In this document: one piece after another, positions 39,430 to 49,769 of the stretch
How positions within the stretch are numbered: position 1 is the stretch's first letter
How the letters are laid out: the number at the start of each line of letters is the position of its first letter
From: Cytophagaceae bacterium SCN 52-12
Lineage (GTDB): Bacteria; Bacteroidota; Bacteroidia; Cytophagales; Spirosomataceae
Length of the DNA: 64,000 nucleotides
Reading direction: 5' to 3'
Assembly: GCA_001724175.1 (NCBI GenBank)
Contig: MEDT01000038.1
Coordinates: 48,078 to 112,077 of the forward strand
Notes under the pieces: model-generated
The model's database searches: none
Told to the model about the DNA's origin: nothing
The model's input: only the letters and a program-made list of their open reading frames with translations
Made by a program: the position numbers and the translations under genes

Positions 39430-41492
39430 GCGCTGATGCCGCTTAAGCTTATCCTCACAACGGCCCCGCATGTCTCCCCGTTTTCGATCGAGCAGCCGGC
39501 GCCTATGGCGGCAGCCCTGCCCCTGACGTTCAGCAGGCCCATTCCCTTCTGCAGGTCGCGGGCGGGCGTACCATCAAAACCTTTCCCGTTATCGGCCACC
39601 GTAAGCTCCAGCACATCGTCTTTTTGCTTGAGAGAGATCAGCGCTTCCGTAGCCCGGGCATGCTTCACGACATTATTGATCAATTCGAGCGCAATATGAT
39701 ACAACTGTTGTTCGGTCTCCAAAGGGAGACGCTGTGCAAGGCGTAAATCCAATGTAAAGTTCAGCCCGTTAACCGATTCAAACCTTCCGACGAGCTTTTG
39801 CAGCGCAGCACCGAGCCCTTTTTCTTCCAGGTCAGACGGAACCATATTGTGCGAGATCAGCCTGATGTCGTCATAAGCTTCCCCTGCTGTGTCCATCAGG
39901 TGACTGATGATCTTCCGGTTGTAATCATTGAAATCACTTTCGTCCAGGCTCTCGAGCTGCCAGCGTATTCCTGCGATCTTGGTGTTCAGGCTGTCATGCA
40001 GCTCCGAAGCGACCCGCTTTCTTTCGATATGCTGCCCCTTGCGAAGCGCCAGCGCTATTTCCTCGTTTTTGCGCTGCAGCTCTTCATTTTTACTTTTCAA
40101 TCTCCTGTTGCTCCAGAAGACAATGCCCAATGCTGCCAGTCCTGCGATCAGCAGCAATACCGTAATATTGCGCGCTTGCTCGAGATTACGGTTTTCCAGC
40201 GCCTGGATACGTATCCGGTCGGCTTGCTGTGTTTTTTCAAAATCATAGCCAAGCGAAGACGCCATCACCCTCTGGATCATTTCTCCGTTGAGCAGGCTGT
40301 CGGACAGGATTTTAAACTGCTTCTGATGCGCTATCGCTTTTCCCGGCGATCCCGTTCTTTCATAAGCGAGAGCCAGCTGCCTGTGGTATTCCGAAGCTTC
40401 CTTCAGAAGAGGAGGGTTTGCCGATCGGGCCCATTCAAGCCCTTTTAAGGCTCGGTCGATTACCTCTTTGTAGTGTCCTTTATGAAGCAGAATATCGCCT
40501 AGCACCATCTGCGCCGAGTGCGAATGCAATTCTTCCCCGTCGGTCAGGGCTTTGAACAGGCTGTCTGCTTTCAGCGCATACCGGAGCGCTTCATCGGTTT
40601 GACCCGATTTGAGAAAAGCATCACCCATACGTGCATACGTACCGGTCAGGAACTGCACTCCTCCCAATTTCAGGTACTTTTCTTCCGCTTTCTTCAATTC
40701 TTTCAGCGCAGCTCCCGGGTTCCCCTGCTTCAGGTAAACCTCTCCCCTCTGGCCGGATAAAAATGCCAGTACCCGCTCATCTTTCAGGCTTATCGCATTC
40801 CTTTCCGCTTCCTCAAAACATGCCAGCGCCTGTTCGAACAGGCCGATGCTCATATACATTACCCCCAGGTTGGGAAGAGTCGCCCGCAGATTTTTTATGT
40901 CGCCCGAGCTTTCCTGAAGCCTCCTGGCTTTCAGCAGATAATCTATCGCCGATGCGAAGCGGCCTTCGTCAGACTCCAGACCCGCCAGCTGGGAGTAGAC
41001 CATTCCTTCCCTGGTGCGGTCACCCAGCTGCCTGAAGATGGTGAGAGCGCTGTCATAAAGGGGCTTTACCTTATCGCTGTGCTCCCATATCCCGAGCGAA
41101 TACAGTTGGGCCCTTCTGAAATACGTCTGCGCCTGGAGACGGCGGTCCCCGGCCTCCTTTGCCGCCGATAATGCGGAATCCAGCTGGGCGTACGCTTCCT
41201 CCAGGTCCGAAAGGTAATCCATTTCCATAAGCACGAGCTGGAGCCTGGCCTCTACCTCTCCCTTTCGGAAAGGAATAAGCCGGGCGATCCGTATGGCGCG
41301 CTGATGGCATGCGACTGCCGCCGAGTCAAGCCCGCTCTTCCAGAAACTGATCCCCGCCTGGTTCAGGTAGTTTACCTTTTGGGTATCCTGGTCGGTAAGC
41401 GTACGCGCCAATTCCATCAGGGAGTCTGCATCCTGTGCAAAAGAAGCAATCCGCAGCAAAAACAAAGAGGTTATGACAAAGAGGTGTTTCAT
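39423..41492 (-). CDS. TPR-containing sensor histidine kinase (HisKA_3 type)
   Basis: Signal peptide, TPR-like helices, one TM, ERKRVASELHD, ELINNVVKHA, DNGKGF, GMGLLN. Confidence 0.92.
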   Translation of the reverse strand: MKHLFVITSLFLLRIASFAQDADSLMELARTLTDQDTQKVNYLNQAGISFWKSGLDSAAVACHQRAIRIARLIPFRKGEVEARLQLVLMEMDYLSDLEEAYAQLDSALSAAKEAGDRRLQAQTYFRRAQLYSLGIWEHSDKVKPLYDSALTIFRQLGDRTREGMVYSQLAGLESDEGRFASAIDYLLKARRLQESSGDIKNLRATLPNLGVMYMSIGLFEQALACFEEAERNAISLKDERVLAFLSGQRGEVYLKQGNPGAALKELKKAEEKYLKLGGVQFLTGTYARMGDAFLKSGQTDEALRYALKADSLFKALTDGEELHSHSAQMVLGDILLHKGHYKEVIDRALKGLEWARSANPPLLKEASEYHRQLALAYERTGSPGKAIAHQKQFKILSDSLLNGEMIQRVMASSLGYDFEKTQQADRIRIQALENRNLEQARNITVLLLIAGLAALGIVFWSNRRLKSKNEELQRKNEEIALALRKGQHIERKRVASELHDSLNTKIAGIRWQLESLDESDFNDYNRKIISHLMDTAGEAYDDIRLISHNMVPSDLEEKGLGAALQKLVGRFESVNGLNFTLDLRLAQRLPLETEQQLYHIALELINNVVKHARATEALISLKQKDDVLELTVADNGKGFDGTPARDLQKGMGLLNVRGRAAAIGAGCSIENGETCGAVVRISLSGISAQ

Positions 41493-41634
41493 CCGGATTC
41501 ACAGAAGCCTGAGGTTTCGGGGGCTTATTAAAGATGTATGATTAAACCTACGCAATTTTTGCCGTACTACCATGGCGCGCCGGCCGGGAATCTCCGGCAC
41601 ATTTTCCAGCTTTCCTATGAGGGAGCGTGGAAAA

Positions 41635-42245
41635 GCGTTTCCCATGTCGGCTATATCACTTCGAAAACAGAGGTCTCCGTTCCGCGGCCGGATAGCAGGG
41701 AACTGTCCATAGTGCTGGTCCCGTCGGTAAACGCGCTCCAGGAAGTGGAAGTGGTAGGCCGGAAGGAGCAGTCTTACAAGAACACTTCATCCTTTGCCGG
41801 AACGCAAACCGAAACGCCGATCAAGGAGCTGCCCCAAACCATCAGCTATGTGACCAAGGAGGTCATCGACGACCAGCAGCTGTTTAAATCGAGCGACGTT
41901 CTCAGGAACATAAGCGGGGTCAACGGTCTCCAGTCCCCCACCAGCAGCTGGTCGCAGTCGCTGCTGCCGCATGTAGAGCGGGTGGAAGTCGTCAAAAGGC
42001 CTGCTTCCATCCTCTACGATAATGCCGATCCCGGAGGAGTAGTCAACACGGTCACCAAGAAGCCGCTGGACGAGCACCGGAAGTCGATTGACTTCGCAAT
42101 GGGGAGCTTCAACACCTTTCGTGTGAAAAGCGATTTCACAGGCCCTATGAATGAAGAAAAAACGCTTTTGTACAGGCTGAACCTTGCCTACCAGAACGCC
42201 CAGTCATTCCGGGTACTGATTACGGAGGTCCGTTCGACCCCCTGA
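41635..42245 (+). pseudogene. TonB-dependent siderophore-receptor fragment
   Basis: Starts mid-domain (SHVGY) with no signal peptide. The plug (ETPIKELPQTIS...ERVEVVKRPASILY) appears internally deleted, and the ORF stops after the first barrel strands. Confidence 0.8.
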
Positions 42246-42320
42246 CCACAAAATCGTTCGAGGGAGACACCAAGATGGAATTCTTTCGCAAAAGACTGGC
42301 TGTCCCTGCGGCACTAAATC

Positions 42321-43394
42321 CTATTTGTGCTGCTTCTCATAATGAAGCTTAAGGAGATCTTCCCCGAAATCATTATCGAGGTCTCTCACGACCGAATGGA
42401 TATGATTACCATGGTTCTGGGTGTTATCGAATTCGATCAGGATACCCGGACCATGAATCCTGTAGTAATGCCCCAGCCCGGTTCCGAGCTCCGGCTTGGT
42501 ATCGCCCATCCATGCAAAGCGGATATTCCCCAATCCTTTTTTTTCCAGCTGGGCCCACTGCTGGTTTTTCAGAGTAATATGATAACGGTCCAGGTAGATC
42601 CCGATCAGCTTCTTAAACAGCTCCTGCTGAGGCCCGGACATTTTATCCATTGCAATCCCTTCCCTTTTTTCCAGCATCGCCTTCCGGGCATTGCCCGTAA
42701 AGATATCGCGCGGTGCCTTCGTATCCAGCAACACCGTCGTGAGCTGTTCGGGCGAGAAAGATGCCAGCAGCTGAAACGCGGCTTCAAGCTCATCCCTGAG
42801 CACCTGTCTCCCTTCCCGGGGTGCATGCGGCGGTACTTTTGCAGGATTGCTTCCCATAAATCCCGGCAAAAAGGCGATCCGGCCATTCACCGATGAAAAG
42901 TGGAGGGACAGGTGATGCCCTTCTATCCGCCAGCCCCATACTTCCGAGCCCGGCTGTCCGAACACCAGGAATGCATAGTTGCCGGGATCCCGGTAAGTAT
43001 CGTCGGGCGGGCGCTTTTCCAATACGCGCAGCACATTTTCAAGGTCTATGATCTGTTCTGCTTTCAGGTAGCCCTGTGCGCCCAGCACTGTCCGGAGCAA
43101 GGTCATCGCCTGTTTTTGCTGGCCGGCATCCAGGTCTTTCAGCCGGATTCCCTTACGGCTCCGGGGCGTATAGTTCCAGTCAAACCGCAGCGGGCTTTCG
43201 TAAGGTAAAAGGGTTTCGCTCTTTTGCTGTTCGGTGAGCGACGCTATAAATGCCTTTGTAGCGTCGCTCATGCGCTTTTCAAGCAGGCGGGCGGTATCCT
43301 CCTGGGCGGCTATCTCCCCGTGAAACAAAAGAAGAGAAAGCAGGAGCCCGGTCAGGAGGCGGTTCCGGTGCGGGAATGCGATGCAATTGTTCAT
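42321..43394 (-). CDS. DUF3500 exported protein
   Basis: Signal peptide, WGWRIEGHHLS, FMGSNP, FAWMG, YYRIHGP..LIEFDN, NHIHSVVRD..NDFG. Confidence 0.88.
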   Translation of the reverse strand: MNNCIAFPHRNRLLTGLLLSLLLFHGEIAAQEDTARLLEKRMSDATKAFIASLTEQQKSETLLPYESPLRFDWNYTPRSRKGIRLKDLDAGQQKQAMTLLRTVLGAQGYLKAEQIIDLENVLRVLEKRPPDDTYRDPGNYAFLVFGQPGSEVWGWRIEGHHLSLHFSSVNGRIAFLPGFMGSNPAKVPPHAPREGRQVLRDELEAAFQLLASFSPEQLTTVLLDTKAPRDIFTGNARKAMLEKREGIAMDKMSGPQQELFKKLIGIYLDRYHITLKNQQWAQLEKKGLGNIRFAWMGDTKPELGTGLGHYYRIHGPGILIEFDNTQNHGNHIHSVVRDLDNDFGEDLLKLHYEKQHK

Positions 43395-43413
43395 ACCGGC
43401 GAGGGTGACATTC

Positions 43414-44301
43414 TTACTTCAGCTTCTCTTTAAAAAATGTCACCGTCCTTTGCCAGGCGAGCCCGGCAGCTTTTTTATCGTAGCGCGGCGTCGTATCGTT
43501 ATGAAAGCCGTGGTTGGTAGCGGGGTAAAAATAAGCGACGTATTCTTTCCTGTTTTCTTTCAGCGCCTGCTCATAGGCAGGCCATCCTTCGTTTACACGG
43601 GTATCGAGGTCTGCATAATGCAGCTGGAGAGGAGCCTTGATCTTCGGGACCTCCTCTGCGGGAGCCTGCCCTCCGTAAAAAGGAACTGCCGCCGCCAGGT
43701 CCGGGACACGCACTGCCATCATATTGGAAATCCATCCTCCGAAACAAAAGCCCACCACTCCTGCTTTCCCGTTGCAGAGCTCGTTTTTCTTCAGGTATTC
43801 GAACCCCGCTATGAAGTCCTCCAGCATTTCATCCCGGTCGCGCTTGCTTTGCAGCGTACGTCCGTCATCGTCGTTGCCCGGGTAGCCACCGAGAGGAGTC
43901 AGCGCATCGGGGGCCAGGCTGATAAAGCCCGCCAGGGCGGCCCTTCTCCCTACGTCTTCTATGTGCGGGTTCAGCCCCCTGTTTTCATGGACGACAACAA
44001 CACCGCCAAGCCGTTTTTTATTGTCTTTCGGCATGCATAAAAGCGCCCTAATGGTGCCTCCTCCCTTCGGAGAAGGATATTCGACATACCTGGCAGTAAT
44101 CCGCGGATCATCCGGCTTTACCTGCAAAGCCCCTCTGTAGTCGGGCATCAGGAAGCTCATAAGCGAAGCAACGGTCAATCCTCCCACCGCATAGGCAGAA
44201 AGGTTTTGCATAAAGTCGCTGCGTGTCAGGCGATTGTGGGCGTAAGCGTCATAGAGGTCAAAGACCTCCTGCCTGATATCCTCTTTTCTGGGTGCTGGCA
44301 T
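43414..44301 (-). CDS. Dienelactone hydrolase family protein (YghX-like)
   Basis: FDLYDAYAH, HENRGLNPHI, GFCFGG nucleophile, HGFHNDTTPRY. Confidence 0.92.
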   Translation of the reverse strand: MPAPRKEDIRQEVFDLYDAYAHNRLTRSDFMQNLSAYAVGGLTVASLMSFLMPDYRGALQVKPDDPRITARYVEYPSPKGGGTIRALLCMPKDNKKRLGGVVVVHENRGLNPHIEDVGRRAALAGFISLAPDALTPLGGYPGNDDDGRTLQSKRDRDEMLEDFIAGFEYLKKNELCNGKAGVVGFCFGGWISNMMAVRVPDLAAAVPFYGGQAPAEEVPKIKAPLQLHYADLDTRVNEGWPAYEQALKENRKEYVAYFYPATNHGFHNDTTPRYDKKAAGLAWQRTVTFFKEKLK

Positions 44302-44546
44302 AACGGTTGCAGGTTTTAGGTTCTATAAAGTTAAAAATTATTCCTGATTTCCATAAACTGCTGCCGGTCTGCTGCTCCGGCAGCGGACCGGCGCTCCCGT
44401 AACGCCGGTAAAGATGCCGCAGAAAAGCTCGCAGCGGGAATTTAAAAATTCCTGTAAATAAAATCGCCGGTAACTACGAGTTTTTAAACATGTAGGGAGT
44501 CTTGGTTAAAAGGGGGTATATTTATATGAGTTTACCAAAATAAAAT

Positions 44547-45227
44547 ATGAAAAAATCGGCACACTTCAATCATATTACAAAAAAAGAACCGGACGAACAT
44601 TCACCCGAAGGTCCTGTTTTTGTACGTACCCCACTTACGGCCGGTAAATTAACTGAATACGAATCAGAGCTCATTATCCGGAAAGCATTCGAGGCAGATA
44701 CGGCCAATGGAATCGAGCTGCTGTTCAGGTGGTACTATGCGGCGCTTTGCAGCCATGCCGTACGGTACGTTTCTTCGAGAGAGATCGCTGAAGATATCGT
44801 TTCCGATGTTTTCTACCAGTTTCATTCCGAAGAAATTTTCCGAAAGGTCGAAATCTCCTACAGGGCCTACCTTTTCACTTCAGTACGATACCGGGCATTC
44901 GACTATGTCCGCGCCGAAATGAAAAGAAGCACCTCGCTGCAGCAGGCTGAATATATGGCGATCAGGGAGGACCAGCAGCCCGACAGCCTTACGCAGTTCG
45001 AAGACCTGTACCACGATGTTTTGCGGGCCATACACGAGCTGCCCGTCAAACGCCGGGAAATCTATATCAAGCACAGATTCGAAGGAAAAAAGTACCAGGA
45101 GATAGCCCGGGAAATGAGCCTGTCGCTCAGGACTGTGGAAACGCATATGTACCAGGCCATTCACCAGGTCCGCAAGTTCCTGACCGACAGGTGGCTGGTT
45201 GTTTTCCTGGCCTGTCTCCTGATATAG
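44547..45227 (+). CDS. ECF RNA polymerase sigma-70 factor
   Basis: AEDIVSDVF, YLFTSVR, LP.KRREI, YQEIA..MSLS.RTVETH. Confidence 0.93.
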   Translation: MKKSAHFNHITKKEPDEHSPEGPVFVRTPLTAGKLTEYESELIIRKAFEADTANGIELLFRWYYAALCSHAVRYVSSREIAEDIVSDVFYQFHSEEIFRKVEISYRAYLFTSVRYRAFDYVRAEMKRSTSLQQAEYMAIREDQQPDSLTQFEDLYHDVLRAIHELPVKRREIYIKHRFEGKKYQEIAREMSLSLRTVETHMYQAIHQVRKFLTDRWLVVFLACLLI

Positions 45228-45293
45228 CCGCTCCGGTCCCTGTAAATATGCCTCAGACTATCATTGAAAAATCTTAACAGAAACCAATCCGAC

Positions 45294-46298
45294 ATGATAC
45301 CGGAAATCAAAAAGGAAATCATATTCGATTATCTCTCCGGGACGGCCACAGCCTTTCAGAAACGGCAGATCGAAGAGTGGGCGACCGTTCCTGAAAACCG
45401 GGAGCTATTCTTTCTCTGGCTTTGGGAGTGGGAAAGAAATAACAGCCAGTACCAGGCCGATTTCGCCGCCGGGCTAAGCCGGCACCTGGAACGGATGGAG
45501 CGCGGCGACCTTGAAAAACCTGCCATTCTTCTGCAAAAGGAACGCCCGTCCTATTCTGCCTGGCTGAAGAAAGGGGCGATTGCCGCCTCCCTGGTTTTCC
45601 TGGCTGGCTTAGCCGGGTGGATCTTCAGGGATGAAATCCGCTTTCAGGCTTATTCGACAGGTAATGGAGAGATCCGGAGCGTGCTGCTTCCCGACAGCTC
45701 AAGGGTGGTGCTCAATGCCAACTCGACCTTAAAGATGCCCAGGTTTGGCTTCGGAAAGGATGCCCGGGTTGTCCACCTGACCGGCGAAGCCGATTTCGAG
45801 GTGACTTCCAGGCCCGACAGAAAGCGGTTTGTCGTAAAAACCGACCGGAAACTGGACGTAGTCGTGCTCGGAACCATCTTTAATGTATATGCAAGGCCCG
45901 GAGGCGCGAAGGTTGTCCTGAATAAAGGAAAGGTGCAGCTTCATTATCAGCAGGGCAACCGCGAAAAACAGCTGACGCTGCAGCCGGGCGACCTGGCTTC
46001 GCTGGATGAAAAAGGGGAAGTAAACGTGCGGAAGACCGCGCACCCTGCCGTTTATTCCGCCTGGAAATTTCACCGTTTCATCTTCGAAAATACATCACTT
46101 CAGGAAATCGGGAAGAAAGTAAAGGAAAGCTTCGGCGTCACGCTCGTGATCGGGAGCCCTGAGCTGGCTACGCTCACGATTTCCGGCGCTTTTACCGCGC
46201 TCAATGCAGTGGAGCTTGTTGAGCTGCTCTGCGATGCCTCGGGAGATCTTGCCTACTCCAGGGCCGGTAAAAACAAAATCATTTTAACCAACCGATAA
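45294..46298 (+). CDS. FecR-family anti-sigma factor
   Basis: One TM, LPDSSRVVLNANS, LTGEADFEV, VLGTIFNV, F.FENTSL. Confidence 0.92.
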   Translation: MIPEIKKEIIFDYLSGTATAFQKRQIEEWATVPENRELFFLWLWEWERNNSQYQADFAAGLSRHLERMERGDLEKPAILLQKERPSYSAWLKKGAIAASLVFLAGLAGWIFRDEIRFQAYSTGNGEIRSVLLPDSSRVVLNANSTLKMPRFGFGKDARVVHLTGEADFEVTSRPDRKRFVVKTDRKLDVVVLGTIFNVYARPGGAKVVLNKGKVQLHYQQGNREKQLTLQPGDLASLDEKGEVNVRKTAHPAVYSAWKFHRFIFENTSLQEIGKKVKESFGVTLVIGSPELATLTISGAFTALNAVELVELLCDASGDLAYSRAGKNKIILTNR

Positions 46299-46325
46299 CA
46301 ACTATATCCGTAAATCACGCTTAAT

Positions 46326-49300
46326 ATGAAACACAAATCCTTCACAAAAAGATCAGTACGGGTCTTCCTGCTGGCCATGGTCCTCGTCGGCAGCCATGGC
46401 CCGGGTTTCTCACAGCTCGTTGCCAGCGCTCTTACGCAGCAGGAAAAAACACCCGTGCCGGTGTCCAGAAGCCTGAAAGAAGTCCTGCTTGAAATCAAAA
46501 AACACTACCAGGTCGACATTATCTATTTTGATTACGTCGTCGACGGCCATTATCTTCCCGCCGGCAAAGTCGTGCTCGGCAATAACGTAGAAAAAAGCCT
46601 GACCGAGCTGCTCAGGCCCCTGGGACTCAGATACAAAAAGGCAAAGCATGGAGAGTACATCATTACCAGACCCGGTGAAAAGGAGCATGGATCCTACCTC
46701 CGCAACCGGAAAGGCAATTTTCCCGTCCCGGGAAACAGGTCCGGAACCGGGACGGCTTATACGTTCCGGCGGGAATCTGGGGTCCGCGACATTCTTCCTC
46801 TAACCGACAAAACAGTAAGAGGCACTGTAACGGATGAAAACGGCGAGGGGCTGCCGGGAGTAAGCGTTGTCATCAAGGGAAGCATGCGGGGAGCCATCAC
46901 CGACGCCACAGGGAAATTTGAGCTGACAGTACCGGGCCCCGAGTCTGTCCTGATATTTTCATTCGTAGGATACCTTTCCCAGGAAGTGGCAGCAGGCAAC
47001 CGGACTTCCATCGACGTTTCGATGCAGGTAGATCAGAAAGCGCTGGAGGAGGTCGTGGTTGTAGGGTATGGTACGCAACGAAAGACCGACGTAACGGGAT
47101 CTCTCACGGCCATATCCCGGAAGGAGTTCGCCCAGCAACCCGTGACGAGGCTGGATCAAATCCTTCAGGGCAGAGCGCCGGGCGTGCAGGTTACCAATGT
47201 AGGCGGCGCGCCGGGCGGTCCCGTCAGGATTCGCGTGAGGGGGGCCAACTCCATATTGGGCGATAACAATCCGCTCTATGTGGTCGACGGCTTTGTCGGC
47301 GCGGATTTCACCACGATCAACCCGCAGGACATTGAAACCATCCAGGTGCTGAAAGACGCGTCGTCGACCGCCATCTACGGAAGCCGTGGAGCCAACGGCG
47401 TGATTATTATTACCACGAAGAAAGGCGCCCCGGGAGGTATCCGTGTAAATTATTCATCGCAGTTCTCTTCATCGACCAGGATCAAGAAGCTGAAAGCCAT
47501 GACCGCAGGTGAATTTGCCCAGACCATGAACGAACGCGCGGCGGCCATCGGCGGCTCGCAGATCTTTACACCGGCGCAGGTGGAGGATTTCAGGGTCAAC
47601 GGGGGCACCGACTGGCAGGACGAAATGTTCACCCGCGCCGGCGGCCAGGAGCATCAGTTGGGTGTGTCCGGAGGAAGCGATAAAACTACTTTCCTGGTCT
47701 CGGCCAACTACCTCGACCAGGATGGCATTATCAAGAACTCGAACTTCAAGCGGTACACTCTGCGGTCCAATGTGAGCTCACAGATCACCGATAAGTTTTC
47801 CATGCGGTTGAATCTGACCGGGGCATGGCAAAACAACCTGAACAATGGCGTCATGGGAGGTACGGCAAATCCGATGGTGCAGGCGCTGGCCTGGGCGCCC
47901 ACCACGCCCGCTTATGACGCAAACGGCAATCTTACGCACCGGGACCCCCTCGGGTCTATCGGGGCCAGTCCGCTCGCCCTGATTTACGACCGGGAGAACC
48001 GGCGTCAGGTAATGTTTGGCAACGTGGTAGGCGGACTGCGTTACGAGCTCATTCAGGGATTGGCTTTGGATGTACAGTATGCTGTAAACTATGTGAATCA
48101 GCAGGGCAAGAGCTTCAACGGCGCCAATGTCACCAATTTCAACCCGAATGCGGGAAGAAATTCCAGCGAATCGCTGACCCTGCAAAGTACAAACTCCATC
48201 AATTATAGTCGTACATTGGCCAATGTTCACAAGATAGACGCCGTCGGGGTGTTTGAAACCCAGGAGTTCACCAATGAGTCCTTCTCGGCTACCGGCAACA
48301 CGCTGTTGATCCCGTCTCTCGGCTATGACAACATCGGCCTGTCCGGATCATACGTGATAGGCTCGGAATTCTCAAAATGGACATTGCTGTCGCTCATGGG
48401 CAGGGTGAACTATTCATTCAAAGACAAGTACCTGCTGTCGGCAACGGTGCGGCGGGACGGATCGTCAAAATTCCGCGGCGACAACCGGTACAGCGTATTT
48501 CCGTCGGTGGCTGCAGGCTGGAGGATTTCCGAAGAACCGTTCATGCAGAGTCAGAACGTAGTCGGCAACCTGAAACTGCGCGCAAGCTGGGGGCGGACAG
48601 GAAGCCAGGCCATCGGCGCCTATGCAACGCAGTCGACCTATTCGACTACCCAAACTGCCTTTACGAATACCGGCGCCACAAGCGGTATCATTTTCGGCAA
48701 TCCTGGAAACCCGGACCTGAGGTGGGAAACTACCGAGCAGACGGACATAGGTCTGGAGGCGGAATTCCTGAAAGGGAGAATCCAGCTTGAGGCCGATTAC
48801 TTTCTTAAGAATACGGCAGACCTTCTCCTCAACCGACCGCTGCCGGGTTATGTAGGCGGCGGCAGCCGGGCCGAGAATGTGGGCGTGATCGAGAATAAAG
48901 GATGGGAACTGGCCGTAAGTTCTTCGATCATCAAGACGAACCACTTCGAGTGGGCCAGCTCGTTCAACATCGCGAACGTAAAGAATACGGTAAAGAGTGT
49001 CGGCGGCATAGCCGAAAGATTCTTTACCAGCTCCAACGTGGGTGGCGGGATGTCGACGCAAGCTGAATTTGTGTATGCTCCCGGCCAGGCGCTGGGCGCG
49101 TACTGGGGCCTGGTATACGAAGGTACATGGAAACCCGATGAAGCGGACCAGGCTGCCCTGAGAGGAGAAAAGCCGGGCGACGCCAGGTATCAGGACCTCA
49201 ACGGTGACAACGCCATCACGGCAGCCGACTTCCAGATCATCGGCAGCGGCATTCCCAGAACTACTGCGGGATGGAACAATACCTTTACGTACAAAGGCCT

Positions 49301-49748
49301 CACGCTGAATGTCTTCTTACAGGGAATATTCGGACTGGATAAACTCAATTACACCCGGGCGGCAGCCCTGGTCGGCGGCGCCGACGCACGCCAGCCTATT
49401 CTTGCGGAGATCCTGGACCGGTATATCCCGGGCGTGAATGAAACATCGGACATCCCCGCCTTCAGCACATCCAGCCGTGTTTTTACCCAATCGACGAGGT
49501 TCATGGAAAAAGGCGACTTTATCCGGCTCAAAAATGTCAGCCTTTCCTACGATCTGCCCAAACGCCTGGTGAACAACTTCGGGGTGCGTCTGTTCCTCAG
49601 CGGTACAAACGTGTTTACGATCACCGATTACAAGGGTATCGATCCTGAATCAAGCAACGCTGCCGGTGCAGATACGATGCAGGGAATTGACTACGGCTCA
49701 TATCCCAACGCGAAAACATACACCCTGGGCGTTAACCTCACTTTTTAA
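46326..49748 (+). CDS. SusC/RagA TonB-dependent transporter with N-terminal signalling extension
   Basis: STN-like N-terminus, EVVVVGYG, PLYVVDG, LKDASSTAIYGSRGANGVIIITTK, terminal VNLTF. Confidence 0.96.
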   Translation: MKHKSFTKRSVRVFLLAMVLVGSHGPGFSQLVASALTQQEKTPVPVSRSLKEVLLEIKKHYQVDIIYFDYVVDGHYLPAGKVVLGNNVEKSLTELLRPLGLRYKKAKHGEYIITRPGEKEHGSYLRNRKGNFPVPGNRSGTGTAYTFRRESGVRDILPLTDKTVRGTVTDENGEGLPGVSVVIKGSMRGAITDATGKFELTVPGPESVLIFSFVGYLSQEVAAGNRTSIDVSMQVDQKALEEVVVVGYGTQRKTDVTGSLTAISRKEFAQQPVTRLDQILQGRAPGVQVTNVGGAPGGPVRIRVRGANSILGDNNPLYVVDGFVGADFTTINPQDIETIQVLKDASSTAIYGSRGANGVIIITTKKGAPGGIRVNYSSQFSSSTRIKKLKAMTAGEFAQTMNERAAAIGGSQIFTPAQVEDFRVNGGTDWQDEMFTRAGGQEHQLGVSGGSDKTTFLVSANYLDQDGIIKNSNFKRYTLRSNVSSQITDKFSMRLNLTGAWQNNLNNGVMGGTANPMVQALAWAPTTPAYDANGNLTHRDPLGSIGASPLALIYDRENRRQVMFGNVVGGLRYELIQGLALDVQYAVNYVNQQGKSFNGANVTNFNPNAGRNSSESLTLQSTNSINYSRTLANVHKIDAVGVFETQEFTNESFSATGNTLLIPSLGYDNIGLSGSYVIGSEFSKWTLLSLMGRVNYSFKDKYLLSATVRRDGSSKFRGDNRYSVFPSVAAGWRISEEPFMQSQNVVGNLKLRASWGRTGSQAIGAYATQSTYSTTQTAFTNTGATSGIIFGNPGNPDLRWETTEQTDIGLEAEFLKGRIQLEADYFLKNTADLLLNRPLPGYVGGGSRAENVGVIENKGWELAVSSSIIKTNHFEWASSFNIANVKNTVKSVGGIAERFFTSSNVGGGMSTQAEFVYAPGQALGAYWGLVYEGTWKPDEADQAALRGEKPGDARYQDLNGDNAITAADFQIIGSGIPRTTAGWNNTFTYKGLTLNVFLQGIFGLDKLNYTRAAALVGGADARQPILAEILDRYIPGVNETSDIPAFSTSSRVFTQSTRFMEKGDFIRLKNVSLSYDLPKRLVNNFGVRLFLSGTNVFTITDYKGIDPESSNAAGADTMQGIDYGSYPNAKTYTLGVNLTF

Positions 49749-49769
49749 GTACTTAAAAAAGTTATCAAC

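Noticed and set aside
41575-41640. Hairpins before the TonB fragment as a cobalamin riboswitch
   Set aside because: No B12-box or conserved core; the receptor is siderophore-type and 5'-truncated.
44474-44502. Possible ECF promoter (CTACGAGT...GAGTCTT) upstream of the sigma gene
   Set aside because: Plausible by position, but there is no second instance in the window to support a motif.
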